Shown: positions 35,301 to 64,000, numbered from the stretch's first letter. The stretch: DNA of 64,000 nucleotides from an uncultured Acidobacteriota bacterium (GCA_963770895.1 CAVYRF010000002.1:3648001-3712000); one strand, 5' to 3'. Notes: generated by a model not told the origin, from the sequence alone. Numbers and translations are program-made.

Positions 35301-36306
35301 GGTGCCGATCGGCACGCCGGGGCAGCTGTGGCTGGGGGGCGAGGGGCTGGCGCGGGGCTACTTCAGCGCCCCCGACCAGACCGCCGCCGCCTTTCTGCCG
35401 CACCCCTTCGCCGAGGGCGGCCAGCGCCTGTACCGCACCGGCGACCTGGCCCGCGCCCGCGCCGACGGCCGTTGCGAATTTTTGGGACGCATCGATCACC
35501 AGGTGAAGGTGCGCGGCTTCCGCATCGAGCTGGGCGAGATCGAAGCGGCGCTGCGGCTGCATCCGGCGGTGGCGGCGGCGGCGGCGGCGGTGCTGCCCGG
35601 CCAGACCGCGCCCGAAGATCGCCGGCTGGTGGCCTACGTCGTGCCGCGCGAGCCCGCCGCGGGCGCGGCGGCGCCGGTGATCCTCGAGGGCGACCTGCGC
35701 GCGCTGATGCGCGCCCGCCTGCCCGAGTTCATGCTGCCGGCGGCGTTCGTGACGCTGGCGGCGTTGCCGCTGTCGCCCAACGGCAAGCTGGACCGCGCGG
35801 CGCTGCCGGCGCCTGACGGCGTGCGCCGCGCGGCGGCGCCCTTTGTCGAGGCAGGCAACGCGGTGGAGCGCACCGTGGCCGGTGCGGTCGGCGAAGTGCT
35901 GGGGCTGGACCGCGTGGGCCTGAACGACAACTTCTTCGACCTGGGCGGCCATTCGCTGCAGCTGGTGCGCGCCGCCAGCCTGTGCGAAAAACGCCTGGGG
36001 CGCCGCGTCGACGCGCTCGATTTCTTTCGCTTTCCCAACGTGGCGGCGCTCGCCGCCCATCTTGCCGCGCCGCCGGCCGGCGCCGCCGGACACGCCGGAG
36101 ACGCCGGAGAGCAGACGCCGCCGCCGGCGATGGACCCGCCGGCGCCGGCAACGCCGCCGTTGGCGGCCTTCGCGCCGCCCGCGCTGGCCGCCACGGCCGC
36201 CACGGCCGGCGAGCGGCAGCCGCTCACCGACCGCGCGCTGCGGCGCGCCGTGCGGCGCCAGGCGGCCGGGGTCGCGGTGCCGGCCGACCCCAGAGATCCC
36301 GTTTAG
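29386..36306 (+). CDS. NRPS 1: C(DCL-type)-A(Val/Ile-like)-T-C-A(Ala)-T
   Basis: LSPLQLGLLFH and HHLLCDGWS. A1 code read as DAYFIGGTFK. GGHS T domain. HHIVADG. A2 code DLFNNAMTYK, close to the Ala code DLFNNALTYK. GGHS T domain. Start may be GTG 29425. Confidence 0.92.
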   Translation: MIRRHSTAEFETIVTSPVQKLYVLSPLQLGLLFHSLRAPAAGLYVDQLQLDLAGEVDATVLQQAWQAVVARHDVLRTSFHWQGLDKPLQVVHPAVELPFSTLDWRGLEATEREPRLAALADTDRRRGFSLERPPLLRLTLVRTGNASSVLLWTQHHLLCDGWSIGVLQREVAACYRALRRGEAPRLAPPRPFGEYIAWLRRRDDAAAEAFWRRRMAGVEPPALPGVGLPAATDAVAAAAPAAGAAGAPGAPAAEPDHDECERALTSGVTAALNAFARRHRLTVNTVLQGAWALLAGRLSGAGEVVFGATVSGRPAEIAGIDAMVGLFINTLPVRLRIDEAAPLAGWLQGVQGEQAAALPFQHSSLAEIQQWSGAPAGQPLFETLLVFENVPGVVPTSGQTAAANQAADDLGVVGSRYVSRTNFPLVLMVIPGEQLVVRAIFDRRRLAPAAAGRLLDRLTDLLAALPGLGEATPVAAVPVLRPEEIRQLAALANDTAVDYPRDATVAELFAAVAAADAERIALDFDGVSVSYGELAARAGRLAARLRRLGVAVEERVALCVEPSPELVVGMLGTLLAGAAYAPLDAAHPRRRLAQLLEDLGRPLLLTAGRAAATAAALAPACRSLVRIEEAAVPLPPSQSAAGMPRATLAAAPSAGGGGERLAAVLFTSGSTGRPKGVMVTHRGIVRLVRGDGAVTALRAARVAQLSNVAFDALSYEVWAPLLAGGCLVGVPRQVALAPGDLAARLRRDQISAMFLTAALFNQVAREAPAAFACVDQVIAGGEALDPRWISEVLRHGPPARLVNGYGPTESTTFATTYLVTQGWQDSIPIGYPIANTRVHVLDGAWRLLPIGATGELAIGGDGLARGYLDRPDLTAERFVPDPYAAAPGERLYRTGDRARRRADGAVEFAGRNDLQVKIRGFRIEPGEIEAAILAAAPQLAAAVVLAVDAGAAGDGAGDSAGDRRLVACLVAGDGAIPGGGGGDLAAGLRQRLAEVLPPVMVPAAFAVLPRLPVTANGKVDRGALAAAAAAALAAGGGRQGGGEEDGDGAPRTPVEELLAGIWAAVLGVEQVRRNDDFLRLGGHSLLLTRLLSRVREAFGVEIALADLIATPALAEQAAWIAQAMRRDDGAAAVPPLAPAPRDRPLPLSYAQQRLWILDRFDPGLPAYDIPLATHLAGRLAVGDLAAALAGVVARHEVLRTRFVAAAEGEEPQQLVAPPPATAAVRLPVVDLAALPAAARAAQLRQLLHGESARRFDLARGPLFVATLARLSEGEHVLVLNVHHIVADGASLGILFREVAALYADRAAPLPPLPVQYADYAIWQRGWLHGAVLDRQIAYWREHLAGASPLGLPTDRPRPPVRSFRGSHVPVPLAPALAVPLWARARDERATPFMLLLAAWFEMQGRLAGRADLTVGTPVGNRDRLPAEGLIGFFVNTLVLRADVGGRPSGRELLARVRQTALAAWSHQDVPFEKLVEELQPQRSLALAPFFQVLVALDQPPPPPHLGDLAATPVEIESATAKFEITLALSLGDGALAAALDYNSDLFDRTTARRFAGHYATLLAALLADPERPAGDLPMLSAGERHQLLAEWNDAGLAASRALSALAAAGPAATLDRLFARQAAATPAAPALIHGAERLTYQELDRRANRLAHRLAAAGVAPEVPVAIFLDRTAAMVVAVLAVLKAGGAYVPLDPAYPAERLAQTLAACRAPVVVTRAVLRDRLPAAPAAPAGGGGGAVARLLVEVDAADLAALPDTPPPAAAQSHNLAYLIYTSGSTGRPKGVAIEHASAVALLRWTAAAFADDELAVTVAATSLCFDLSVFELFAPLTRGGAVELVGSALDLAAGRGRRGAAAGAAGDGGDGTGGTGGTRGAGAAATLLNTVPSAVAELVGAGALPPALRTLNMAGEPIPAALAARLAAAGPARILNMYGPSEATTYSTWARVEPAEAGPPPIGRPIAGTALYLLDGELRPVPIGTPGQLWLGGEGLARGYFSAPDQTAAAFLPHPFAEGGQRLYRTGDLARARADGRCEFLGRIDHQVKVRGFRIELGEIEAALRLHPAVAAAAAAVLPGQTAPEDRRLVAYVVPREPAAGAAAPVILEGDLRALMRARLPEFMLPAAFVTLAALPLSPNGKLDRAALPAPDGVRRAAAPFVEAGNAVERTVAGAVGEVLGLDRVGLNDNFFDLGGHSLQLVRAASLCEKRLGRRVDALDFFRFPNVAALAAHLAAPPAGAAGHAGDAGEQTPPPAMDPPAPATPPLAAFAPPALAATAATAGERQPLTDRALRRAVRRQAAGVAVPADPRDPV

Positions 36307-36318
36307 GAGCGTGTGCGC

Positions 36319-39300
36319 ATGGCGGAGCCGCAAGCAGAACCGTTGTTCGAACCGATCGCCGTCATCGGCATGGCGGGGCGCTTTCCCGGCGCCGCCGACG
36401 TCGACCAGCTGTGGCGCAACCTGTGCGCCGGCCACGTCGCCATCACGCGCTTCACCGCCCAGGAGCTGGCCGCGGCGGGAGTGCCGGCCGATGTGGCGGC
36501 CGATCCGCTCTACGTGCCGGCCAAGGGGGTGATCGACGGGGTCGAGCTGTTCGACGCCGACTTCTTCGGTTTCACGCCCGCCGAGGCGGAGGTGATGGAC
36601 CCGCAGCAGCGCCTCTTTCTGGAATGCGCCTGGATGGCCTGCGAAGACGCCGGGTACGCGCCGCGCACCTACCCCGGCCGCATCGGGGTCTACGCCGGCG
36701 CCGGCTTCAGCAGCTACCTGATCAACCACTTGATGAGCCGGCCCGAGCGTTTGGCGGCGGTGGGCGGGCTGGCGGCGCGGCTGCTCAACGACAAGGATTT
36801 TCTCACCACCCACGTCTCCTACAAGCTCAACCTGCGCGGTCCCAGCATCGCGGTGCAGACCGCCTGCTCGACCTCGCTGGTCGCCGTTCACCTGGCCTGC
36901 CAGGCGCTGCTGGAAGGCGACTGCGAAATGGCGCTGGCCGGCGGCGTGGCGGCAAGTTTCCCTCACCGCGTCGGCTACCTGTACCAGGAGGGCAGCATCG
37001 CGTCGCCTGACGGGCGCTGCCGCTCCTTCGACAGCCGCGCCCAGGGCACCGTCGAAGGCAGCGGCGCCGGCGCCGTGCTGCTCAAGCGGCTGGCCGACGC
37101 GCTGGCCGACGGCGACGTGGTGTACGCGGTGGTGCGCGGCACGGCGGTCAACAACGACGGCGCCGGCAAGGCCGGCTACACCGCGCCCGGCAGCGACGGC
37201 CAGACGCAGGTGGTCGGCGGCGCGCTGGCCATCGCCGGCGTGGCGGCGGACAGTATCGGCTACGTGGAGGCCCACGGCAGCGCCACCGCCCTGGGCGACC
37301 CCATCGAGGTCGCCTCGCTGACCCGCGCCTTCCGCGCCTCGACCGCCCGCCGCGGCTTCTGCGCCCTGGGCTCGATCAAGGCCAACCTCGGCCACGCCGA
37401 CAACGCCGCCGGCATCGCCAGCCTGATCAAGGTCGTGCAGGCCCTGCGCCACCGCCGCATCCCCCCCAGCCCCGACTTCGGCGAGCCCAATCCGCGCCTG
37501 GACCTGGCCGCCAGCCCCTTCTACGTCGCCACCCAAGCCGCCGCCTGGCCCGCCGGCCCCGCGCCACGCCGCGCCGGCGTCAGCTCGCTCGGCATCGGCG
37601 GCACCAACGCCCACCTGATCCTGGAAGAGGCGCCGGCAGCAGAGGTGGGAGACGGCGCGGCGCGTCCCACCCGCCCGTGGCAGCTGCTCGCGCTGTCCGC
37701 GCGCACCGCCGCGGAGCTGGCCGCCGCCGCCGGCCGGTTGGCCGAACGGCTGGCGCTGGCGGGCACCGCCGCGCTGGAGATCGGTGCAATGCCGGAGGCC
37801 GCTGCCGCGGCGGGCGACAAGCCCGCGCTGGCGGGCGCCGGGGCGTTGGGAGCTGCGCCGGGACCCGATGCCGGGCTGGCGGCCGGCGCGGCGCCAGCAG
37901 CGGGTGTGATGCCGGGAGCCGCTGCCAGGCCGGCAGCCGGTGCGGCGCCGCAGGATGCTGTGATGTCGGGAACCGATACTGGACCGGCGGGCGACGGTGT
38001 GGCGTCTGAGGATGTGCTGCCGGGTCCTTTGGATTTTGCGGATGCCGCGCATACGTTGCGGGTTGGCCGCCAGGCTTTCCGGCACCGGCTGGCCTTGGTT
38101 TGCCGCGACGCGGGCGAGGCGCGCGAGCGGCTGGCGCGGTTTGCGGCCCGCGGTGGGGCTGGCGAGGCGGCGGCAGGCGAGATCGGCGGCCTTGCCCCCG
38201 AGGCGGCGGCGGTGGTGACGTTTCTGCTGCCGGGGCTGGGTGACCAGCTGAGCGGCATGGGCGGCGAGCTGTACCGGCAGGAGCCGGCGTTTCGCGCCGC
38301 CATCGACCGCGCTGCCGAAGTGCTCAAGCCGCACCTGGACCAAGATCTGCGCGACGTGCTTTTTCCTGGGGTGCCGGACGCCGCCGCGGACACCGGTGCG
38401 CCGGCCCAGGCAGGAGAGGCGCCGGCGGCGCAAGGGCCGCTGGCAGGCTCGCCGCCTCCATCGGCGGCGGCGTCACCGGCGTCGGCGGGGCGGTTGGATC
38501 TGCGCCGGCTGCTGGCGCCGGCGGTGGACGCGGCGGAGGCGGCGCGGCCGATCCAGCGGACGGTGTTCGCCCATCCGGCGGTGTTTGCCCTGGAGTATGC
38601 GCTGGCGGCGGTGTGGAGCGAGTGGGGCATCCGGCCGGGGGCGCTGATCGGTTACAGCCTGGGCGAGATGGTGGCGGCGTGCCTGGCGGGGGTCTATTCG
38701 CTGGAGGACGGGCTGGCCCTGGTGGCGGCGCGGGCGCGGCTGATCGAGGAGCTGCCGGCGGGAGCGATGCTGGCGGTGCCGCTGGCCGCCGGCGAGGTGG
38801 TGCCGCTGCTGGGCGCCGCCCCTGACCTGTCGCTGGCGGCGGACAACGGCCCTGCCATGTCGGTTGTCGGCGGGCCGGAGCAGGCGGTGCAGGAGTTTGC
38901 GCGGCTGCTGGCCGAGCGCGGCGTCGCCTGCCGCCAGCTGCAGACCCGCCACGCCTTCCACACGCGGGCGATGCAGCCGATTGTCGGCGAGCTGACGCGG
39001 CTGGCGGGGTCGATCCGCCTGGCGCCGCCGCGGCTGCCGGTGATCTCGAACGTCACCGGCTCCTGGCTCACCGACGCCGAGGCGACCGATCCCGGGTATT
39101 GGGCGCGCCATCTGTGCGAGCCGGTGCGCTTCGCCGAGGGGCTGGACACGCTGCTGGCGGCGGCGCCGCGGGTGCTGCTGGAGGTGGGGCCGGGCCAGAC
39201 CCTGGGGACGCTGGCGCGCCAGCATCCGGGGCGGCCGGCGGGTCAGCTGGTGGCGGCGTCGCTGCCCGGCCGCGCCAGCCAGCACGGCGAGCAGGCGGCG

Positions 39301-42300
39301 ATGCTGGAATCGCTGGGCCGCCTGTGGGTGGCGGGCGCGGCGCCCGATTGGACGGGCTTCGCGGCGCACGAGCGCCGGCGCCGCGTGTCGCTGCCGACCT
39401 ACCCTTGGAACCGCCGCCCCTACCTGGTCGAGCCCCGCGAGCCGCAGGCCGGCGCGCCGGCTGCCGACGCGGCGGCGCGGCGGGCGCCGGCCGACTGGTT
39501 TCACGCCCCGGTCTGGGAGCGCGCGCCCGAAGAGCTGCCGCCCACCCTGGAAGGCCGCTGGCTGCTGCTGCTCGACGCCGGCGGCGTGGGCGACCGCCTG
39601 GGTGACCTGCTGGAAAACCGCGGTGCTCAGGTGGTGCGGGTGGCCGCCTACGTGCCGTCCCTGACGGGGGTCGCGGAGGCCACGGAAATCTTGGGTCCTC
39701 CAGGCGAAGCGGTGACGGCGGGTGCATCGGCCGATTCCTGGGCGTCGGGCCAGACGCTCCGGGCGATCGATCCGCGCCGGCCGGAGGAGTGGCGGGCGCT
39801 GTTTGCGGATCTGGCGGGGACGGGCGTGCCGCCGCGGCACGTGGTGCACCTGGCGAGCCTGGGTGCGGCGGCGGACGCGGTGGAGGAGACCGGGTTTTTC
39901 AGCCTGGTCCACCTGGCGCAGGCCCTGGGAGGCTCCGAGCTGCCGCGGCCGCTGCACGTGGCGGTGGTGAGCGACGGCCTGCACGCGGTGATCGGCGGCG
40001 AGCCGGTCTGGCCGCTCAAGGCGACGCTGCTGGGTCCCTGCCGTGTCATGCCGCAGGAGATCGACGGCGTGACCTGCTCGGTCGTCGACGTCGAGCTGCC
40101 GGCCGGGCCGCCGTCCGCCGTCTGGCTGGCTCGCCTTGCCGGCGAGCCGGCGCTGGCTGGCCCGGCGCCGAGCGAGGCGCCTGTGGCAGCCGACGGTTCC
40201 GGCCGGCCGGTGTCCTTGGCGACGCCGGCAGGATCGTCCACGATGGCAGAGTCCGTGTCTCTAGGAGCCGCATCGTCTCCGGCGCCGCTGGCGTCGGCTG
40301 CGCCGGAGCCGGTGGTGGCGTTGCGCGGCGGGCACCGCTGGCTGCCGCGGTGGCGGCGGGTGCGGGTGGCGGAGCCGCGCGGGGCGTTGGCGCGGCGGCT
40401 GCGCCGCGGCGGCGTGTACCTGATCGCCGGTGGGCTGGGTGAGGGCGCCGTGGCGATCGCGGAGCGGCTGTTCGAGAGCGCCGGCGCCCATGTCGCGCTG
40501 CTGGCGGGCGAGGGCGAGCCGGCGCGGCCGCAGTGGGAGCGGTGGCTGTCGGCGTACGACGATAGCGATGCGACGTCGCGCCGGCTGCGGCGGCTCCTGG
40601 CCCTGGAACGGCGCGGCTGCCAGCTGCTGGTGTCCAGCGTCGACCTGGCGCAGCCGGCGAGCGTGGCGGCGGCGGTGGCCGCGGTGCGGCGCCGCTGCGG
40701 GGCGCTGCACGGGGTGTTGCTGGCGGCGCCGGAGCCGGGCGGTGGGTTGCTGGCCTGGCTGACGCGCAAACAGGCGTCGGCAGGGTTGGCCCCCTGGGTG
40801 CGCGGCACGGCGGCGCTGGCGTCGGCGGTGGCGGGGCTGCCGCTGGACCTGTTCGTCCTGTGCGGCAGCTGCGCGGCGCTGACCGGCGGTTTCGGCAGGA
40901 CCGTGGCGACGGCCGCCGCGGCGTTCGTGGACGCCTTTGCGCACGCGTCGGCGGCTGCCGCCACTGCTGCCGCGTCGTCCGCTGCTACGTCGTCCGCCGC
41001 CGATCCCGGTCCCGCGGCGCTGCCGGTGGTGCAGGCGATCGATTGGGGGCTTTTCGCCTGGCAGGGCGTGGCGGCGCCGAGCGGGCAGGCGGCCGCTGCG
41101 TTGCAGGCCGGTGTCGACCTGTACGGCATCCGCCGCGGCGAGCTCGGCGACGCCCTGGCGCGCGTGCTGGACGCGCCGCTGGCGCAGGTGGCGGTGGTGA
41201 CCCAGGACCTTGCGGCGCTGACGGCGCAGGTGGCGGCGCTGCGCAGCACGCTGCTGCCGTCCGGCGCGGCGGCGGCAGGCGCCGCCGCGAGCGCCGGCGA
41301 TGACCGGCAGGGCGGCCAGGGTGGGCACGGCGGGCACGCCCGCGCCGACCTGGCGACCGCCTACGCGGCGCCCGCGACGGCGGTCGAGCGGACGATCGCG
41401 GCGGTCTGGCAGGATGCTTTCGGCATCGACCGGGTGGGCGTCCACGACAACTTCTTCGACCTGGCGGGCAATTCGCTGCTGGCCATCCAGATCGTCACCC
41501 GCATCGCCCAGGCGCTGGCGGTGGACCTGTCGATGACCACCCTGCTGGAAGGCCCGACCGTGGCCGAGCTGGCGCGCCACGTCGAGGCGCTGCTGGCTGG
41601 CGGCGCACCCGGCGATCCGATGCAGCCAGCGGCGCCGGAGGAGTCAGCGGTGTCGCCGGCCGCCGGTTTCGTGGCTACCGCGGCATCCGTGGCGGCAAAG
41701 ACTTCGCCGTCGACGGCGGTTCCGACGCCGGCGCAAGCCGCGCCCGGCCAGGTGGCGGTGGCCGGGGCCGGCGGTCCGGCAGACGCACCTGCTGCTGCGG
41801 CGGCCTTGCCCGGCGCGGCGCCCTCGGTCGTGCGGCATGCGCCGCGCGAGTGGTACCCGCTGTCGTTTGACCAGGAGCGGCTCTGGTTCAATCAGCAGCT
41901 GGACCTGGCGAGCCCGGCGTACAACATCTACACCGCGAGCCGCTACAAGGGGCCGCTGGACATGGTGCTGCTGGCCCGCGCGCTCAACGAGGTGGTGCGG
42001 CGCCACGACGTGCTGCGCACCACGTTCCACCAGCGCGACGGGCAGCCGGAGCAGCGGGTGGCGCCGCGGATGCTGGTCGGCGTGCCGCAGGTGGACCTGC
42101 GCGCCCTGCCGGTCGAGCGCCGCGAAGCGGAGGCGCGGCGGTGGGCGGACGCGATGGCGAGCGCGCCGTTCGCCCTGGACCGGCTGCCGCTGTTCCGCAC
42201 CCTGATGCTGCAGGTCGGCGACCAGGAACGGATCCTGCCGATCTGCATCCACCACATCGTCACCGACTGGGTTTCGTACTACATCTTCGAAAACGAGCTG

Positions 42301-45300
42301 ACCGTCGTCTACCGGGCGATGCGGGCGGGCCAGCCCTCGCCGCTGGCCGAGCTGCCGCTGCAGTTCAGCGACTTTGCCATCTGGCAGCGCGAGCGGCTGG
42401 GCGACCCGCGGCGGATCGCCCAGCTGCTGGACTACTGGCGGGGGCAGCTTGCCGACGCCCCCGACCTGCTGCCGCTGCCGACCGACCGGCCGCGCCCGGC
42501 GGTGGCGACGCCCTGGGGGGCGCGCCGCAGCCTGGTGCTGTCGGACCGGCAGTCGGAAGGGCTGCGCGCGCTCGCCCAGGGCGAGGGGATGACGCTGTTC
42601 ATCGCCGGCGCGGCGGTGTTTAAGTTCCTGCTGATGCGCCTGTCGGGGCAGGAAAAGCTGATCCTGGGCAGCCCGATCGCCTACCGCAACGCGCCCGAGC
42701 TGCAGGACGTGCTGGGCTTCTTCATCAACCAGCTGGTGCTGTACAGCGACCTGACCGGCAATCCGCCGGCACGCCAGGCGATGCGGCGGGTGCGCGACGT
42801 GGCGCTGGCGGCCTACGCCCACCAGGAGCTGCCGTTCGCCAAGCTGATCGACACCCTGCGGCCGCATCGCGACCTGTCGCGGGTGCCGTTCACGCAGATC
42901 GTCTTCCTGCTGCTCAAGCCGACGCAGCAGGAGCATTCGGATCTGCCCGAGCTGGAGATCAGCGGCTACTGGCTGGATGCGCACCGCACCCAGTTCGACA
43001 TGACCTTTTCGCTGTGGGACGACGACGTCGGCCTGCAGGGGTGGATGGAGCACAACACCGACCTGTTCGACGGCACCACCATCGACCGCATGAAGGAGCA
43101 GTACCGCGTGCTGCTGGGCGGCCTGCTGGCCGATCCCGAGCGGCCGCTGTGGGACCTGCCGCTGCTGCCCGCCGAGCAGCGCCACCAGCTGCTGGCCGAA
43201 TGGCCGGCGCGCGACCTCGCGCCGCCGCCGGCAAGCGCCGCCGGCACGCGCATCGACCGCCAGGTGGCGGCGCGCGCGGCGCTCGCGCCCGACGCCGTGG
43301 CGGTGGTCTGCGGCGAGCGCAGCGTGACCTACGGCGAGCTGGCCGGCCGCGCCGGCCGCCTGGCCGCGCGGCTGCGCCGCCTGGGCGTCGGCCCCGAGGT
43401 GCCGGTGGGCCTGTGCTGCGGCCGCTCGGCGGACCTGGTGGCCGGCCTGCTGGCGATCCTGGGCGCCGGCGGCGCCTTCCTGCCGCTCGATCCGGTCCAT
43501 CCCGACGGGCGGCTCGCCGTCCTGATCGAAAGCGGCCTGGCGGGGCGCCTGGACGGCCCAGCTCAAGCGGCCGCCGAGCCCGGCGGTGGCCTGAGCGGGG
43601 CCGCGGTGGTGATGGCTTCCGCCGACCAGGAGGACCGTCTGCGCCGCGTCGCCGGCGCGCGGCGCCTGCACGTCGTACCGCTCGGCTCCTCGGCCGGCGA
43701 ATTGCCGGCGGTAGCCCGCGGCGAGGCCGGCGCGGCTGGCGACGAATTGCTTGCGGGAGCCGCCGCGACCGCGGCGGCGGGCGGGCAGGCCGCCTACCTG
43801 CTGTTCACCTCGGGCACGACCGGCGTGCCCAGGGGGGTGGTGGTCGAGCACGCCAGCCTGGGCAGCTTCCTGGGCGCGGCGCAGGACGTGTTCGCCTTCG
43901 CTCCCGGCGACCGGGTGGCGTGCCTGGCTCCGGTGTCGTTCGACATCGCGCTGTTCGAGCTGCTGGCGCCGCTCGCAGCCGGCGCCGCGGCGGTGCTGTT
44001 CGACCTGTCGCCGGCGCTGGACTTTGCGCGGCTGGTCGCCGAGCTGCCGGCGCTGACGGTGTTGCATGCCGTGCCCGCCCTGATGCGCGAGGTGGCGGCG
44101 ACGGCGGCGGAAGCGCCGCGGCGCAACCTGCGCCACGTCCTGTGCGGCGGCGACCGGGTGCCGGACGGCGTGATCGCCGGCATGCGCGAGGCCTTTCCCG
44201 CCGCTCGCCTGCACGTGGCCTACGGACCGACGGAAGCGACGATCTTCGCCTGTCGCGAAGAGGTGGCCACGGCGGCGGCGGCCGGCGGCGCGCTGCCTGC
44301 CTCGTTGGGCTCGCCGCTGGGGCGCCCCTTCGGCGAGGCGACGATCCTTTTGCGGCAGCAGCACGGTGCGCCGGCGGCGATCGGGGTCACCGGCGAGATC
44401 TGGATCGGCGGCCCGGTGGTGGCGCGCGGCTACCTGCGGCTACCGGAGGAGACCGCCGCGCGGTTCACGGCCGGGCCGGACGGGCGCTCTTTCCGCACCG
44501 GCGACCTGGCCCGCCGGCGGCCCGACGGCCGGCTGGAGTTTTTGGGCCGCGCCGACCAGCAGGTGAAGGTGCGCGGCGTGCGCATCGAGCTGGGTGAGGT
44601 GGAGGCGGCGATCGCCGCCCTGCCGGGGGTACAGGAGGCGGTGGTCGCGGTGCGCGACGGCGGCGACGCCCAGGGGGGCAAGCGCCTGGTCGCCTACGTG
44701 GTGCCGCACCCGGCCGCGACGTCCGAACCTGCCGGCAACGGCTCCGGCCACGCCGCGGCTGCCGATCGCGCCGCCGGCAGTGCCGCGACCGCCGGTGAGC
44801 TGCGCCGCGCGCTGGCGCAGCTGCTTCCCGAAGCGCTGGTGCCGGCCAGCTGGGTGCTGCTTGCGGAGCTGCCGCGCAACGCCAACGGCAAGGTGGATCG
44901 CGCCGCGCTGCCCGCGCCGGCGGAGACGGAAAGCGCGGGCGGCGCCGCGGGGACGCCGCCGCGGCAAGGGATCGAGCAGCAGCTGGCGGAGATCTGGGCC
45001 GAGGTGCTGGGGCGCCCCAGCGTCGGCGTCGACGAAAGCTTCTTTGCGCTGGGCGGCGACTCCATCCTGAGCATCCAGGTGGTGGTGCGCGCCCGCCGGC
45101 TGGGTATCGAGCTGACGCCGCGGCAGATCTTTCAGCATCCGACGATCGTCGAGCTGGCGGCGGTGGCGGGGTCGATGCCGCACGCCGCGGCGGAGCAGGG
45201 GCTGGTGGTCGGGCCGGTGCCGCTGACGCCGGTGCAGAGCTACTTTTGGGCCGCCGCGTCGCCCGCGCCGCAGCACGACAACCTGGCGCTGCTGCTGGAG

Positions 45301-46700
45301 GTCGCGGCAGCGCCGCCCGCCGCCCGCCTGGCCGCGGCCCTGGCGGCGCTCACCCACCACCACGATGCCCTGCGCCTGCGCTTCCGTCGCGGCGCCGACG
45401 GCGCCTGGGAGCAGCGATCGGTGCCGCCCGGCGAGGCGCCGCCGCTGACCGTGGTGGACCTGGGCAGGCTTGCCGCGGCTGCCGCCGCCGCGGCGCCCGA
45501 TGCCGCAGTCCAGGCCGCGGTCGCCGCCGCGCAGGCAAGCCTGGACCTGGAGCGCGGCCCGGTGCAGCGCATGGTGCTCTTCGAGCGCGGCGGCGGCCAG
45601 CCGGCGCTGCTGCTGTGGGCGATCCACCACCTGGTGGTCGATGCCGTGTCGTGGCGCATCCTGCTCGAAGACCTGGCCGCGCTGTGCGCCGCGGACCTGA
45701 CGGGCGATCGGTCGGCGGCGCCGGCGGCGCCGGTGGCGGCGTTGGCGGCGTTGGCGGCGGTGCTGCCGCCCAAGACCAGCTCCTTCCGGTCGTGGGCGGA
45801 GCGGCTGGCGACGCATGCCGGTTCGCTGGAGCTGGCGGCCGAGTTGCGGTACTGGCGCAACCTGGAGCGGGCCGCGCTGGTGGCGCTGCCGCGCGATCGC
45901 GGCGCGGCTGCCGCCGCGGATGCCGGCACGGTGGCCGACGAGCGCCTGCACACCCTGTCGCTGTCGCCTGCCGACACCGAGGCGCTGCTCCTGGAGGTGC
46001 CGCGCACCACCGGGGCGCAGATCCACGAATCGCTGCTGGCGGCTCTTGCCCTGGCCTGCCGGGACTGGAGCGGCGCCGACGTGCTGCTGGTGGACGTCGA
46101 AGGACATGGGCGCGAGGAGATCTTCCCCGAGCTCGACCTGACCCGCACCGTCGGGTGGTTTACCAGCGTGGCGCCGGTGCTGCTGGACCTGGGCCAGGCG
46201 GCAGGCCCGATGTCGGTGTCGTCGGCGGTGGCGGCGGTCAAGGGCGAGCTGCGGGCGCTGCCCGCCGGCGGCGTCGGCTGGGGCATCCTGCGCTTCCTGT
46301 CGCCGGCGGCGGCCGAGCTGGCGGCGTTGCCGGCCGCCGAGGTGAGCTTCAACTACCTGGGTCGCCTGGACCAGGCGCTGCCGCCCGGCTCGCCCTTCCA
46401 GCCGGCGCCCTGGCCGGCGGCCGACGAGCGGTCGCCGCTGGCGCCTCGCCGCCACCTGCTGGCCGTCACCGGCGCGGTGAGCGAAGGGTGCCTGCACGTC
46501 ACCTGTGGTTACAGCGCGCGCCACCATCGGGAGGAGACGATCGCGGCGCTTCTGGAGGGCTGCGCCGCCCACCTGCGCGACCTGGCGGCGCGGGACAGCA
46601 CGGCCCGGGAGGCGGCCTACACGCCGGCCGACTTCCCGCTCGCCGGGCTGGACCAGGCGCAGCTGGATCGCCTGCTCGCCGGGCGCAAGGCGGCGGCGCC

Positions 46701-46704
<4 letters not shown>
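36319..46704 (+). CDS. Hybrid PKS-NRPS: KS-AT-KR(inactive)-ACP-C-A-T-E
   Basis: AGGAG RBS. KS triad TACSTS / EAHGSAT / NLGH. AT GYSLG...HAFH. KR lacks the catalytic Tyr and Asn. ACP AGNSL. C domain HHIVTDW. A code DIFHLGAIFK. T domain GGDSI. E domain HHLVVDAVSW, EGHGRE, RTVGWFT. Confidence 0.93.

Positions 46705-64000
<17,296 letters not shown>

Overview
Very GC-rich bacterial DNA. Gene content resembles Acidobacteriota/Thermoanaerobaculia, but that is inference only. Bases 1-29 kb hold envelope, signalling and housekeeping genes: a PIG-L/LmbE deacetylase, a cytochrome b plus Tat-exported Mo-oxidoreductase pair, an FHA-GAF-adenylate cyclase, an M15-like Zn peptidase, an orphan Wzt-type ATPase, an S1-domain protein, a TolB-PA-M28-PDZ peptidase, DUF885, a BI-1/YccA protein, a YfhO glycosyltransferase, and a secreted metzincin with a TIMP-like partner. 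A small defence-like islet at 14.8-20.2 kb encodes a 1570-aa SIR2-CHAT-STAND-TPR NLR-like protein with 129-bp near-identical repeats, followed by an antitoxin and a frameshifted ParE/RelE toxin. From 29.4 kb to the window end is a hybrid NRPS-PKS cluster with at least 8 A domains and 1 PKS module. Its non-canonical features are an orphan DCL-type domain at the start, an inactive KR, a GYSLG acyltransferase, an HHIVTDW C domain, a C domain lacking both histidines, a dehydrating-type C domain after Thr, and an N-methyltransferase. The best candidates for a new system are the dual-effector NLR and the non-colinear NRPS-PKS. All domain calls come from reading motifs by eye; no searches were run.
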